Source of the DNA: Deltaproteobacteria bacterium | GTDB lineage: Bacteria; Desulfobacterota; Deferrimicrobia; Deferrimicrobiales; Deferrimicrobiaceae | Length of the DNA stretch: 64,000 nt | Direction: 5' to 3' | NCBI GenBank assembly: GCA_037439645.1 | Contig: JBBIVQ010000007.1 | Span: forward strand, 9,029 to 73,028 | Shown: positions 47,932 through 57,184 of the stretch, piece after piece | Numbering within the stretch: position 1 is the stretch's first letter | Layout: each line of letters opens with the position of its first letter | Notes under the pieces: generated by a model | What the model saw: only the letters and a program-made list of their open reading frames with translations | Databases searched by the model: none | What the model was told of the DNA's origin: nothing | Program-made: the position numbers and the translations under genes

Positions 47932-50202
47932 ATGGCGCTGACCCGGTTGCGCGGGAACGACGCCCGGTATCTGTTCGAGATCTCCGGGGTGAAGGCGGAG
48001 CTTCTGGTGTCGCGGTTCGACCTGTCGGAGGGGGTGTCGGTCCCGTACGAGCTGGCGGTGGAGCTGGCGTGCGAGGACGAGGTGAAGATGGACGACGCGT
48101 TGGGGAAGGAGGGGTTCCTGACGCTGACGGGGGACGGCGGCGACCGGATCGTTCACGGGGTGGTGGACCGGTTCGAGCACATCGGGAACCGGGGCCGGTT
48201 CGGGCTGTACCGGGCGCGCGTGGTTCCGTACCTGCAGTGGCTGTCGCTGGAGCGGGACTGCCGGATCTTCCAGAACAAGAGCGTTCCCGACATCGTGAAG
48301 CAGGTTCTGCAGGATTCGGGGCTTCCGGCGGACCGGTTCGACTTCCGCCTGCAGGGCAGCTACGCGCCGGTGGAGTATTGCGTTCAGTACCGGGAGACGG
48401 ACCTGGACTTCGTGTCGCGGCTTCTGGAGGAGGAGGGGATCTTCTACTTCTTCGAGCACAGCGACGCGAAGCACCTGCTGGTGTTCGCGGACGGTACGGT
48501 GGCGTACAAGGAGATCGCGGGGGAGAGCGGCGTGACGTACAACTTCTCGCAGGGGCTGGCGCCGAAGGAGGAGTGCGTGTACCGGTTCTCCTTCTCGCGG
48601 CAGGCCCGTTCCGGGAAGGTGACGCGCCGGGACTACAACTTCGAGAAGCCGGGCCTGGACCTGACGAAGGACGAGCAGGCGAAGGTCTTCGAGAAGCGCG
48701 AGGTGTACGACTACCCGGGGCGGTACATGGAGCCGGACCGGGGGAAGCATCTGTCGAAGGTGCGTCTCGAGGAGTCGATGACGTATTACGAGGCGGCGGA
48801 GGGGGAGAGCACGTGCGTGCGGCTGGTTCCCGGGTTCAAGTTCTCGCTGTCGGACCACGACCGCGGGGAGTACAACCGGGAGTACTTTCTGACGAGGCTG
48901 GTCACGCGCGGCGAGCAGCCGCAGGCGTTGCAGGAGGCGTCGGGGTCCGGGAGCGCCGGCTTCAGTTACTCGGGGCGTTTCACGGCGATTCCGGCGTCGG
49001 TTCCGTTCCGCCCGGCGCGGGTGACGCCGAAGCCGGTGGTGGAGGGGATCCAGACGGCGACGGTGACGGGTCCGGGCGGGGAGGAGATCTACACGGACAA
49101 GTACGGGCGCGTGAAGGTCCATTTCCACTGGGACCGGACGGGGGGCCGGGACGAGAAGAGCTCGTGCTGGATCCGGGTGTCGTCGACGTTCGCCGGCGGT
49201 CAGTACGGGTCGATCTTCACTCCGCGGATCGGGCAGGAGGTGGTGGTCGATTTCCTGGAGGGGGACCCGGACCGTCCGCTGATCACGGGGAGCGTGTACA
49301 ACGCGGAGCAGATGCCGCCGTACGATCTGCCGGGGGAGAAGACGAAGAGCACGACGAAGACGAACAGTTCGCTCGGCGGGAAGGGGTTCAACGAGATCCG
49401 GTTCGAGGACAAGAAGGGGGAGGAGCAGATCTTCGTCCACGGGGAGAAGGACGCGGACATCCGGATCAAGAACGACCGTCGGGAGTGGGTGGGGAACGAC
49501 CGCCACCTGGTGGTGGCGCGGGACCAGGTGGAGAAGGTGGAGCGGGACCGTCACGCGGAGGTGGTCCGGGACGAGGTGGTGAAGGTGGGGCAGGACCGCC
49601 ACGTCACGGTGGTGGGAAAGGAGGCGGTCGCCGTCCAGGGATCCCACTCCTTCAACGTCACCGGGACGGTCGTCGAGGTGTTCGGAGGCAGCTGTTGTGA
49701 ACTGGTCAGCAACGAGAACTACGTCAAGGCGATGAGCGTCGTGATCGAAGGGATGACGGGGCTCACCCTCAAGGTGGGGAAGAACTTCATCACGATCAAC
49801 AGCGCGGGAGTGTTCATCTCCGGGACGCTGATCAATCTGAATAGCGGCGGGTCGGCGCTGGAGGGAAAGGGCGCGAAGGCCGTTCCCCCGTCGGTGCCTC
49901 TCGCGGCGGCGATCGCCGCGAATACCGTGGCGGGGAAGGATACGACGTACGGAGACAAGCCGACTCACAAGGAGGCGGCGGAGGACGAGGACGAAGAGGA
50001 GAAATCGTGGGTCGAGATCGAGCTGGTCGACGAGAACGGGGAGCCCGTTCCCGGCGAGCGGTACCGCGTGGAGACCCCCGACGGGAAGGTTGCGGAGGGT
50101 ACCCTCGATGAGAAGGGGTTCGCGCGGATCAACCGGGTGAAGCCGGGGAACTGCAAGGTCACCTTCCCGAAGCTCGACAAGGACGCCTGGGAGAAGGCGT
50201 GA
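47932..50202 (+). CDS. vgrG: type VI secretion system spike protein VgrG with ~80-aa C-terminal extension
   Basis: gp27/gp5-like regions (FFEHSD..., DRPLITGSVYNAEQMPPY, repeated SGG/valine-rich beta-helix). The C-terminal extension SWVEIELVDENGEPVPGERYRVETPDGKVAEGTLDEKGFARINRVKPGNCKVTF resembles a small beta-sandwich domain. Confidence 0.9.
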   Translation: MALTRLRGNDARYLFEISGVKAELLVSRFDLSEGVSVPYELAVELACEDEVKMDDALGKEGFLTLTGDGGDRIVHGVVDRFEHIGNRGRFGLYRARVVPYLQWLSLERDCRIFQNKSVPDIVKQVLQDSGLPADRFDFRLQGSYAPVEYCVQYRETDLDFVSRLLEEEGIFYFFEHSDAKHLLVFADGTVAYKEIAGESGVTYNFSQGLAPKEECVYRFSFSRQARSGKVTRRDYNFEKPGLDLTKDEQAKVFEKREVYDYPGRYMEPDRGKHLSKVRLEESMTYYEAAEGESTCVRLVPGFKFSLSDHDRGEYNREYFLTRLVTRGEQPQALQEASGSGSAGFSYSGRFTAIPASVPFRPARVTPKPVVEGIQTATVTGPGGEEIYTDKYGRVKVHFHWDRTGGRDEKSSCWIRVSSTFAGGQYGSIFTPRIGQEVVVDFLEGDPDRPLITGSVYNAEQMPPYDLPGEKTKSTTKTNSSLGGKGFNEIRFEDKKGEEQIFVHGEKDADIRIKNDRREWVGNDRHLVVARDQVEKVERDRHAEVVRDEVVKVGQDRHVTVVGKEAVAVQGSHSFNVTGTVVEVFGGSCCELVSNENYVKAMSVVIEGMTGLTLKVGKNFITINSAGVFISGTLINLNSGGSALEGKGAKAVPPSVPLAAAIAANTVAGKDTTYGDKPTHKEAAEDEDEEEKSWVEIELVDENGEPVPGERYRVETPDGKVAEGTLDEKGFARINRVKPGNCKVTFPKLDKDAWEKA

Positions 50203-50912
50203 TGTGCGCGGCCGGTTCCAAACCGAAGCCCCGCCCGGTTCCGCCCGCGAAGCCCGTAGGGGACGAAGGATACGAGGTGAAGGCGGGCGAGTGCCTCAAC
50301 GTCATCGCCGACCGTTTCGGCTTCTTCTCCAAGACCCTCTGGAACCATCCGAAAAACGAACGGCTGAAAACCGAGCGGAAAGACCCCAACGTCCTTTTGC
50401 CCGGCGACCGGGTCTTCATTCCCGAGAAGAGTCCGCGGGAAGAGTCGGCCGCAACGGAGCAGAGGCAACGCTTCCGGCGCAAGGGCGTCCCCTCCCGGAT
50501 GAAGATACGCCTCCAGCAGTGCGGGACCGCGGAGCCGTACGCGAACAAGCGGTACGTCCTGGACGTCGACGGGAAACTGTCGGACGGAACGGTGGACGGC
50601 GCCGGGAACGTCGATCTTCCGATCCCGCCCGGCACGAGGAAAGCCGTTCTGACCGTGGGAGAGGGGGAGGCGAAGGAAAGCTTCGCCCTCGATTTCGGCG
50701 CGCTCGATCCGCCCGATTCGATCCGCGGAGCGCAGCAGCGGCTTCGGAACCTCGGGTTCCTTTCCGGCGAGCCGGAGGAGAAGTGGAGTCCCGCCAGCGA
50801 GTCCGCGCTTTTCCGATTCCAGGCCCAGCACGTCGTGACGGGCGACGAGGAACCTTCGGGGGTCTTCGACGAGAAGACGAAGGAGAAGCTCAAGGCGCTT
50901 CACGAATGCTGA
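50202..50912 (+). CDS. LysM + beta-sandwich + peptidoglycan-binding (PG_binding_1-like) protein, paralog A
   Basis: Start overlaps the vgrG stop. LysM-like YEVKAGECLNVIADRFG...LLPGDRVFIP. C-terminal RGAQQRLRNLGFLSGEPEEKWSPASESALFRFQAQH resembles PG_binding_1. No signal peptide. Confidence 0.7.
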   Translation: MCAAGSKPKPRPVPPAKPVGDEGYEVKAGECLNVIADRFGFFSKTLWNHPKNERLKTERKDPNVLLPGDRVFIPEKSPREESAATEQRQRFRRKGVPSRMKIRLQQCGTAEPYANKRYVLDVDGKLSDGTVDGAGNVDLPIPPGTRKAVLTVGEGEAKESFALDFGALDPPDSIRGAQQRLRNLGFLSGEPEEKWSPASESALFRFQAQHVVTGDEEPSGVFDEKTKEKLKALHEC

Positions 50913-50951
50913 AGCGGCGAACGTACAACAAAGCACGGATCTGAGGGGAAG

Positions 50952-53900
50952 ATGGCCGATTCGAAATTCACGGTGTCGCAGAGGGCGGACCAGTCGGGGG
51001 TGAACCTCCTGGACAAACGCCCTCCCCTGAAGATCGTCCAGGTCCATTTCCACCATCGGTACTACAGCGGGAAGACGCCGCGGCTCTTTCCCCATCCTTC
51101 GAACAGGATTGCGATCCATTGGCTGGAAAAGGAACTTTTCCCGAAAGGCGACGCCGACAGGGACGGCGGTTCGTCCGACTTCCATTTCGTCTGCAGCCCG
51201 GTCACGCAGCATGCGGAAAAGGCCGGACTCTGGGTGAGCATGATCAACGCGAGCGAGATCCCCGACGGGTTGTACATACTGGAGGTCCCGTTCCAAAGGA
51301 CGATCCCGGGAGGGGGGTCCGAAGAGAAGACCTTCTGCCAGATGGTCCGTATCCGGGCGAAAGTGCTGGCCGTCGGCCCGGACGGAGTTCCGTTCGGCCC
51401 GGATTCCCGCACCGAGCCCGTGGCCTGCGACTGGTTCGCGGGGGACGGGGTGAGCCTCGAGGAGTCGCTGTACAACCTCTTCGCGTACAGGTACGAGGAC
51501 AGCATCGGAGTCCTCCTTGCGGAAGACATGAAGAAGGTCGCGGAGGGTGGAGAGCCCGAGTCGGGGTTCAAGACGTTCCTCGGCGTCGCGGACACGTTCA
51601 AGGAAGCGGCCGCCGGCCTGATCGGCCTCGTGAAGCTCGATTTCGGCTGGTACAAGACCGTCAAGAAGGTCGACTCCTACATGAAGGGGAAGGGGGCGCC
51701 GTCCGTCCTGCGTCTTTTCGAGAAATCGGCGCTCGGGAAGTCGGCGCTGAAGTGGTCGGACGGGAAGATCAAGCAGAACGCGATCGGGATGCTGGTCGAC
51801 AAGGAGGGGAGACAGGTCAAGGAAGTCGACACCCTCCGGAAACTCGAGTACGTCTTCGGCAAACGCGCGAAGGCGGTGGACCACGCCCTGGAAAAACCGC
51901 GCGACCGGTTGAAGGGGTTGAGCGTATCCGAGGTCGGCGAGATCGCTGGCTCCATCGTCGATCTCCTGGGGAACGCGGTCGACGCGTACGAGGTGATGGA
52001 CGGCTTCGTCAAGGCGGACGCCGCCCGGATGGATTTCATGCAGCACCTAACCCGGATGGTCGCCACCAGGACGCGGGAGATGGAGTGGGAGATCGGATAC
52101 GCCGGGGCCGGTTCGGAGGAGCGGAGGAAGTTGCGGGACCGCGCCGCCGCGCCGCCGTGGGAGCGTCACGGCTTCTTCGTGCGCGGGGATCTGACCGCGC
52201 TGGAAGCGTTGAAGATGAAGACCGATCACGCCGCCGGGGAGGCGCATCTCGCCGCCGCGAAATTCACGCTGAAGATGTCGGCGTCCGCCTACGGGATCTC
52301 CGGGCTGGGAGCCGTCGTCGGGGAGAAAGCGGAGAAGGCGTACGAGACGGCGAAATCGGTCGCCTCCTTCGTCGACAAGAACCTCGGTTCGAACGACATC
52401 GAGCGCTGGGTGAAGGAACTTGAAACCCTCTGGCACGACGAAATGGCGTACGCGTCGAACAACAACGAGATCCTTCACCGGTTCATCGGGATGCACCCGC
52501 CCTATACGGAGCGACAGACGATCGCGATGCAGTTCCTGATGCGTGCGAAGGTCCTGTACGGATTGAAGCGGCTGATCGCGATGTGCGGCCCGGCGGTCGA
52601 CAAGGACCGATACGCTTCCGTGATCTCGATGAAGGCGTACATGAAGGACAAGAACGACTGGCTGATCCGGGCCGGCAATTTCCACAAGAACGTGGACGCC
52701 CTGGGGATCAAGGAGTATATCCGCGATTTCTGTCTCGCGGACCGGTTCTGGGTGCGGAAGTCGCACGCCCACCACGACTGGATCCACCACTTCGTCCAAC
52801 TGGATCACGGCGATGCGGAGTACCGCGACGAAGTCCTCCGGAAGAAGGATCCCGGGGACGACAAGTTGTGGTTCGAGGTCGACTTCCAGCGGTACTGGCC
52901 GATCCACTTCATGGACATCGAGGACGTGCACAAGTTCTGCGAGCGGTTTTCGAACGACTGGTCCCCGCTCAAGAGCAAGGACGTGGAACGATGCTACCTT
53001 CAGCGCGGCGAGGCGAAGTGGAGCCCGATCCCGGGATCCGGCGACCGGGCGCTCGAGATCACCCGCTGGGTCGATCTCGCGGACGGCGAGGTGATCGACA
53101 GCGAGACGCCCGTCCGCGCGGTGATGATCTTTTCGGGGACGGCCAGGGTGGCCACCGGGGTCCCGGTGCGGTTCCAGGTCGAGCGGACCGACGGATTCAA
53201 CGTGCCGGGCCCCGCCTACAACACCATCGCCCGCCCCTGCTCGAAGGAGGACGGGGAAGCGATCGGCGTCGAGAAGGGACGCTACGTGGCGATCCTCGAC
53301 TTCACATACTCCTACCGGAAGAAGCAGGCGAAGAATTTTCCGGAGGAACCCGCGAAGATCTACCACGGCATCAAGCCGATGGTCGAGAGCATCGCCTGGG
53401 CGGACGTGGTGAAGGCGACCGAGCTCGCGAAATTCTCCGCCGACTGGCTCTACCACAAGGTCAGTCCGCAGGAGATGACGATGGCGGTCCGGTACGCGGT
53501 CGGAGACGGAAACGTCGCCGGCTACGCGGAAAAGAAGGGCAGGATCTTCTCGACCACGACGGAGATCCGGATGGTGCCCGACGCGGTCGCCCCGCACAAC
53601 GTTGCGGAAAAGGAGATGTTCCACGAACGGAACGAGGCGAAGTTCGGCGACCGTGAATTCCTCCAGCGGTTATGCGCGGAAGCTCCGCCTCCGAAAATGA
53701 AGTTACCTGAGGTGCAGAAAGCGCTCATCCAGTACCTCCGCGGAGAGACCTGGGAAAACCTTTCCGAAAAGACGGTCCTCCAGTATACGGACGCGGTACG
53801 GGTCATCGTCTTCGTGGACGACCTGCTGGACGGCGTTCCGCTTACCGTTCGCTTCGAGCGGACGGACCAGGGCGTCGACGGCCCGTTCTACACTTCCACC

Positions 53901-54452
53901 GTGATCGAGCCCCTGAGGAAGTACGGGTTCCCGGGAAAACTCGGGTACGTGATCTGTCCCTATTATCATTACGCGGTTTGGGACGAAAACATGAGAACCG
54001 GGAAGTTGTCTTTCTACAACGACGGGAACCCGATCTTCGCCGTCAAACCGGTGTGCAAGGTGAGCACCTCCTCGGAATGGATCAACAAGAGCGGATCCAG
54101 GTACCCGACCTACTGGAAGGGGTATACGTTCAAGATCCAGTTCAACCTCGGGACGAACAATCCGAACCCGGGGATCCTGGGGTGGGGCTGGAAAAGCATC
54201 GGGCCGGACGGGATCCGCACCATCCCGTACGATATTCCCTTCGATCTGGAGGGAAGCACGTACACCTCCGAAGCGAGGGATTTCGTCGCCGAGGGGATCA
54301 TCGGCGTCCATTCGAACGACGTCTACGAGTCGAAGCGGCTTTGCACGACGCGCCTGGTCATCGAGAAGAAAGGAAACATCGAAAGGACGAAGATGCTGTC
54401 CAGATTCTTTTCGTATCCGAACTACGCGGATATGACGACGTACTCGTACTGA
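50952..54452 (+). CDS. large orphan protein (1166 aa) between VgrG and PAAR; candidate T6SS cargo effector
   Basis: Single uninterrupted ORF with a GAGGGGAAG RBS. No recognisable domain or repeats. Contains a His-rich stretch (RKSHAHHDWIHHFVQLDHGD). By eye the codon composition is more AT-rich than the core T6SS genes. Confidence 0.6.
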   Translation: MADSKFTVSQRADQSGVNLLDKRPPLKIVQVHFHHRYYSGKTPRLFPHPSNRIAIHWLEKELFPKGDADRDGGSSDFHFVCSPVTQHAEKAGLWVSMINASEIPDGLYILEVPFQRTIPGGGSEEKTFCQMVRIRAKVLAVGPDGVPFGPDSRTEPVACDWFAGDGVSLEESLYNLFAYRYEDSIGVLLAEDMKKVAEGGEPESGFKTFLGVADTFKEAAAGLIGLVKLDFGWYKTVKKVDSYMKGKGAPSVLRLFEKSALGKSALKWSDGKIKQNAIGMLVDKEGRQVKEVDTLRKLEYVFGKRAKAVDHALEKPRDRLKGLSVSEVGEIAGSIVDLLGNAVDAYEVMDGFVKADAARMDFMQHLTRMVATRTREMEWEIGYAGAGSEERRKLRDRAAAPPWERHGFFVRGDLTALEALKMKTDHAAGEAHLAAAKFTLKMSASAYGISGLGAVVGEKAEKAYETAKSVASFVDKNLGSNDIERWVKELETLWHDEMAYASNNNEILHRFIGMHPPYTERQTIAMQFLMRAKVLYGLKRLIAMCGPAVDKDRYASVISMKAYMKDKNDWLIRAGNFHKNVDALGIKEYIRDFCLADRFWVRKSHAHHDWIHHFVQLDHGDAEYRDEVLRKKDPGDDKLWFEVDFQRYWPIHFMDIEDVHKFCERFSNDWSPLKSKDVERCYLQRGEAKWSPIPGSGDRALEITRWVDLADGEVIDSETPVRAVMIFSGTARVATGVPVRFQVERTDGFNVPGPAYNTIARPCSKEDGEAIGVEKGRYVAILDFTYSYRKKQAKNFPEEPAKIYHGIKPMVESIAWADVVKATELAKFSADWLYHKVSPQEMTMAVRYAVGDGNVAGYAEKKGRIFSTTTEIRMVPDAVAPHNVAEKEMFHERNEAKFGDREFLQRLCAEAPPPKMKLPEVQKALIQYLRGETWENLSEKTVLQYTDAVRVIVFVDDLLDGVPLTVRFERTDQGVDGPFYTSTVIEPLRKYGFPGKLGYVICPYYHYAVWDENMRTGKLSFYNDGNPIFAVKPVCKVSTSSEWINKSGSRYPTYWKGYTFKIQFNLGTNNPNPGILGWGWKSIGPDGIRTIPYDIPFDLEGSTYTSEARDFVAEGIIGVHSNDVYESKRLCTTRLVIEKKGNIERTKMLSRFFSYPNYADMTTYSY

Positions 54453-54467
54453 AAAGGAGGCGTATAA

Positions 54468-54788
54468 ATGCCGCCGCAGGCGAGAATCGGAGACTTGTCG
54501 CAATGCCCGGCCGATTTCCACGGGACGCTGGCGTGCCCTCGACAGGTGATCGGACCGGCGATCCAGGGGTCGCCCGACGTCCTCGTGAACTTCCTTCCTG
54601 CCGTCCGGGTGGGGGACATGGGGATCCACGCGGCGTGCTGCGGTCCCAACACGTGGAAGGCGGCGATGGGGAGCAAGACCGTCTTCATCAACGGCATGCC
54701 CGCGCACCGGCTGGGGGACATGGATCAGCATTGCGGCGGCGTCGGGACGATGGTCGGGGGGAGCCCGAACGTTTTCACGGGCGGGTGA
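54468..54788 (+). CDS. PAAR-domain protein (T6SS spike tip)
   Basis: AAGGAGG RBS. 106 aa with PAAR-like motifs (PAVRVGDM..., PAHRLGDMDQHCGG). Confidence 0.85.
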   Translation: MPPQARIGDLSQCPADFHGTLACPRQVIGPAIQGSPDVLVNFLPAVRVGDMGIHAACCGPNTWKAAMGSKTVFINGMPAHRLGDMDQHCGGVGTMVGGSPNVFTGG

Positions 54789-54819
54789 TCTTCTCCGCGC
54801 GGGAACGGGGAGCGTATCC

Positions 54820-55449
54820 GTGCCAAGCAGACACAAGGTCCGACAGGGAGAGGACGTTTCCGGCATCGCCGCGGAATACGGCGTACCGGTGAAGAAGGTG
54901 GTCGACCACCCCGACAACGCGTCGCTGAAAAGCGAGCGGAAGGGGCTCACGATCCTTCGCCCCGGGGACGTCGTCGTGGTTCCGGACCGGGAGGACCGCG
55001 AAGAGACCGCGGGGACGGGGCAGAAGACCCGCTTCCGGAGAAAGTCGGGGACGACGATGCTCCGGCTCAAACTGCTCGACGACGATTTCCGGCCGCGGGC
55101 GAACGTCAAGTACAAGCTCGTCGTCGGGGGAAAGACGTCGGAGGGGTCGACCGACGGCTCCGGAATGCTGAAGGAGCCGGTACCGCCCGGTGCGGCGCAG
55201 GGGCACCTGATCCTGGACGGGAAGGACGTTCTCCCCCTCTCGTTCGCCGCCCTCGATCCGGCCGATTCCCTGAGCGGGGTCCGTCAAAGGCTGTCCAACC
55301 TTGGTTTCGCCGCGGGGGACGGCGACGGCCCGATGGACGGGAAGACGCGGGGAGCGCTCCGGCGCTTCCAGAAAACGCACGGGCTGAACGAAACGGGTGA
55401 TGCGGATGCCGCGACGAAGGCGAAACTCGAGGAAGTCCACGGCACCTGA
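54820..55449 (+). CDS. LysM + beta-sandwich + peptidoglycan-binding protein, paralog B
   Basis: GTG start with a GGGGAG RBS. Same architecture as 50202..50912 (HKVRQGEDVSGIAAEYG...LRPGDVVVVP, then GVRQRLSNLGFAAGDGDGPMDGKTRGALRRFQKTHGL). Confidence 0.7.
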   Translation: MPSRHKVRQGEDVSGIAAEYGVPVKKVVDHPDNASLKSERKGLTILRPGDVVVVPDREDREETAGTGQKTRFRRKSGTTMLRLKLLDDDFRPRANVKYKLVVGGKTSEGSTDGSGMLKEPVPPGAAQGHLILDGKDVLPLSFAALDPADSLSGVRQRLSNLGFAAGDGDGPMDGKTRGALRRFQKTHGLNETGDADAATKAKLEEVHGT

Positions 55450-55467
55450 GGCGTCACGGGAGGTCTC

Positions 55468-55980
55468 TTGGCGGGCGGGCACGCGGTTCCGAGGAGGGGG
55501 GAGGGGGAGGGCGGAAACGCGGCGGTACGCCTGCGGGAGATCCGGGTGTACTTCCAGAAGTTCCCCGGCACGGCGGCCGGCGCCGGTATCGATCATCTGG
55601 AATATTCGGTGACCGTCGGCGACGCGCCGCCCGTCCAGGGGCGGACGGGGAGCGACGGGATGATCGCGATATCGCTCGCTCCGGGCGCCACCGCGACCTT
55701 GCGGGTCCTTGGAACCGAGTACGCGCTCAGCCTGATGGATGAATTGTTCCCGATCGAGGAGATGCGGGGGGTGCAGCAGCGCCTGGAGATGCTGGGATAC
55801 TTCTCCGGGCCCCTGAAGGGGGACGACGCGCGCGCGGACACCTACGTGAACCCCGACGTTGCGACGGAACGGGCGATCCTCGATTTCCAGGCGGACAACG
55901 GCCTGTTCGCCGATGCGCAGTTCGGTTCGACGTCTTCAAGAACGCTGAAGAACGTGGTGCGGAGCGCAAGGGGGGAGTGA
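55468..55980 (+). CDS. beta-sandwich + peptidoglycan-binding protein, paralog C (no LysM)
   Basis: Middle and C-terminal parts align with paralogs A and B (GVQQRLEMLGYFSGPLKGDDARADTYVNPDVATERAILDFQADNGL). Start uncertain (TTG at 55468 after GGGAGG). Confidence 0.5.
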   Translation: MAGGHAVPRRGEGEGGNAAVRLREIRVYFQKFPGTAAGAGIDHLEYSVTVGDAPPVQGRTGSDGMIAISLAPGATATLRVLGTEYALSLMDELFPIEEMRGVQQRLEMLGYFSGPLKGDDARADTYVNPDVATERAILDFQADNGLFADAQFGSTSSRTLKNVVRSARGE

Positions 55981-55990
55981 GGAAGGAAGG

Positions 55991-57184
55991 ATGTTCCTGT
56001 TTCCGGTCCATAAATGGATGAGGGTCGTGCCGGTCCGGTTCCAACGGGCGCCAGACGCGGACGATCCTTCCGTGGAGAGCGGACCGCCGGATGCGAACGC
56101 CCCGGATCCCGACGACCGCGGGTTCCTCCCGGCCGACCAGGGGTGCGCGGTTCTGCCGGTGGGGATCGACGAATCGCTGGACGAGACGCGTCACCCGGAG
56201 ACGCGCGTCCGGTTGATCCGTCAGAACATGGAAGAGGCCGGGGTCCTCCATGTGGTCTCCTCCGTCCCGGACCGACTGGAGGTCACCGTCCCCGCCCCCG
56301 GCGCCGCCCTGCCCTCCGCCCGGAGGATGATGGTCAAGTTCAAGGCGAAATCCGCGGGGGAGGCGTACCTCGAGGTCCGGTTCGGTTCGGCGGAGGGGCC
56401 GGTCATCCACCGCCTCCGCGTGGTCGTAAGCCCACCGCGGGACGTGCGTCTCGCGGCGCACGTTCCGACGGTCAACGGGGCGGCGGTCAACGATCCCTCG
56501 GGGGACCCGGGGGCCGTCGTGCCGTCCCGATCCTTCCGGAGCGACGACGAGATCCTCGGATTGATCGAGGAGGTCAACCAGATCTACTTCCCGTACGGGA
56601 TCCGGTTCATCCCGGAGCCCGTGATCGACCGGGCCGGCGTCCTGGATTTCAGGCACCAGGGGTTCATACACGTCCTGACCGGCGAATTCAATCGGACCAC
56701 GGCCCTGAACCGGGTCGCCGGGGCCGTGAACATGTATTTCGTCCCCCAGATCCAGTTCGCCGATACGACGATCGTGAACCACTGGGGAGGGGCGGCCAAC
56801 AGTTCGCGGGGAGCCCCCCGGACATTCGGCTCGATCATCGCGGACGTGGCGGTCGGGGGGCAGACGGTTTCCCACGAACTCGGGCATGTCCTGAACCTCG
56901 TGAAAGACAGGGCGTATCAGCACGTGAACACGAGGATGGATCCGGCCCACCCCGGGAGCGGAAGGAACGTCCGGGACGACATCGTCTCCCGCCGGCGCCT
57001 GATGTGGGCATACACTGATTTTCTTCATATTGACGGGATGGGATACCGTGACGATGTCGGATACGACATCGGAAACCCCGGATGCATGTTGACCGTAAAG
57101 AACATCGACGGCGACCCGACGGACGACGAGATGGCGGAAGTGATGCGGAACGCGGCGCGGCTCGCCGCCCCGCCCAGGCCGTGA
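55991..57184 (+). CDS. HExxH zinc metallopeptidase; candidate T6SS effector
   Basis: 397 aa. VSHELGHVLNL zinc-binding motif. No signal peptide. Sits in the cargo region after the PAAR and PG-binding genes. Confidence 0.65.
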   Translation: MFLFPVHKWMRVVPVRFQRAPDADDPSVESGPPDANAPDPDDRGFLPADQGCAVLPVGIDESLDETRHPETRVRLIRQNMEEAGVLHVVSSVPDRLEVTVPAPGAALPSARRMMVKFKAKSAGEAYLEVRFGSAEGPVIHRLRVVVSPPRDVRLAAHVPTVNGAAVNDPSGDPGAVVPSRSFRSDDEILGLIEEVNQIYFPYGIRFIPEPVIDRAGVLDFRHQGFIHVLTGEFNRTTALNRVAGAVNMYFVPQIQFADTTIVNHWGGAANSSRGAPRTFGSIIADVAVGGQTVSHELGHVLNLVKDRAYQHVNTRMDPAHPGSGRNVRDDIVSRRRLMWAYTDFLHIDGMGYRDDVGYDIGNPGCMLTVKNIDGDPTDDEMAEVMRNAARLAAPPRP

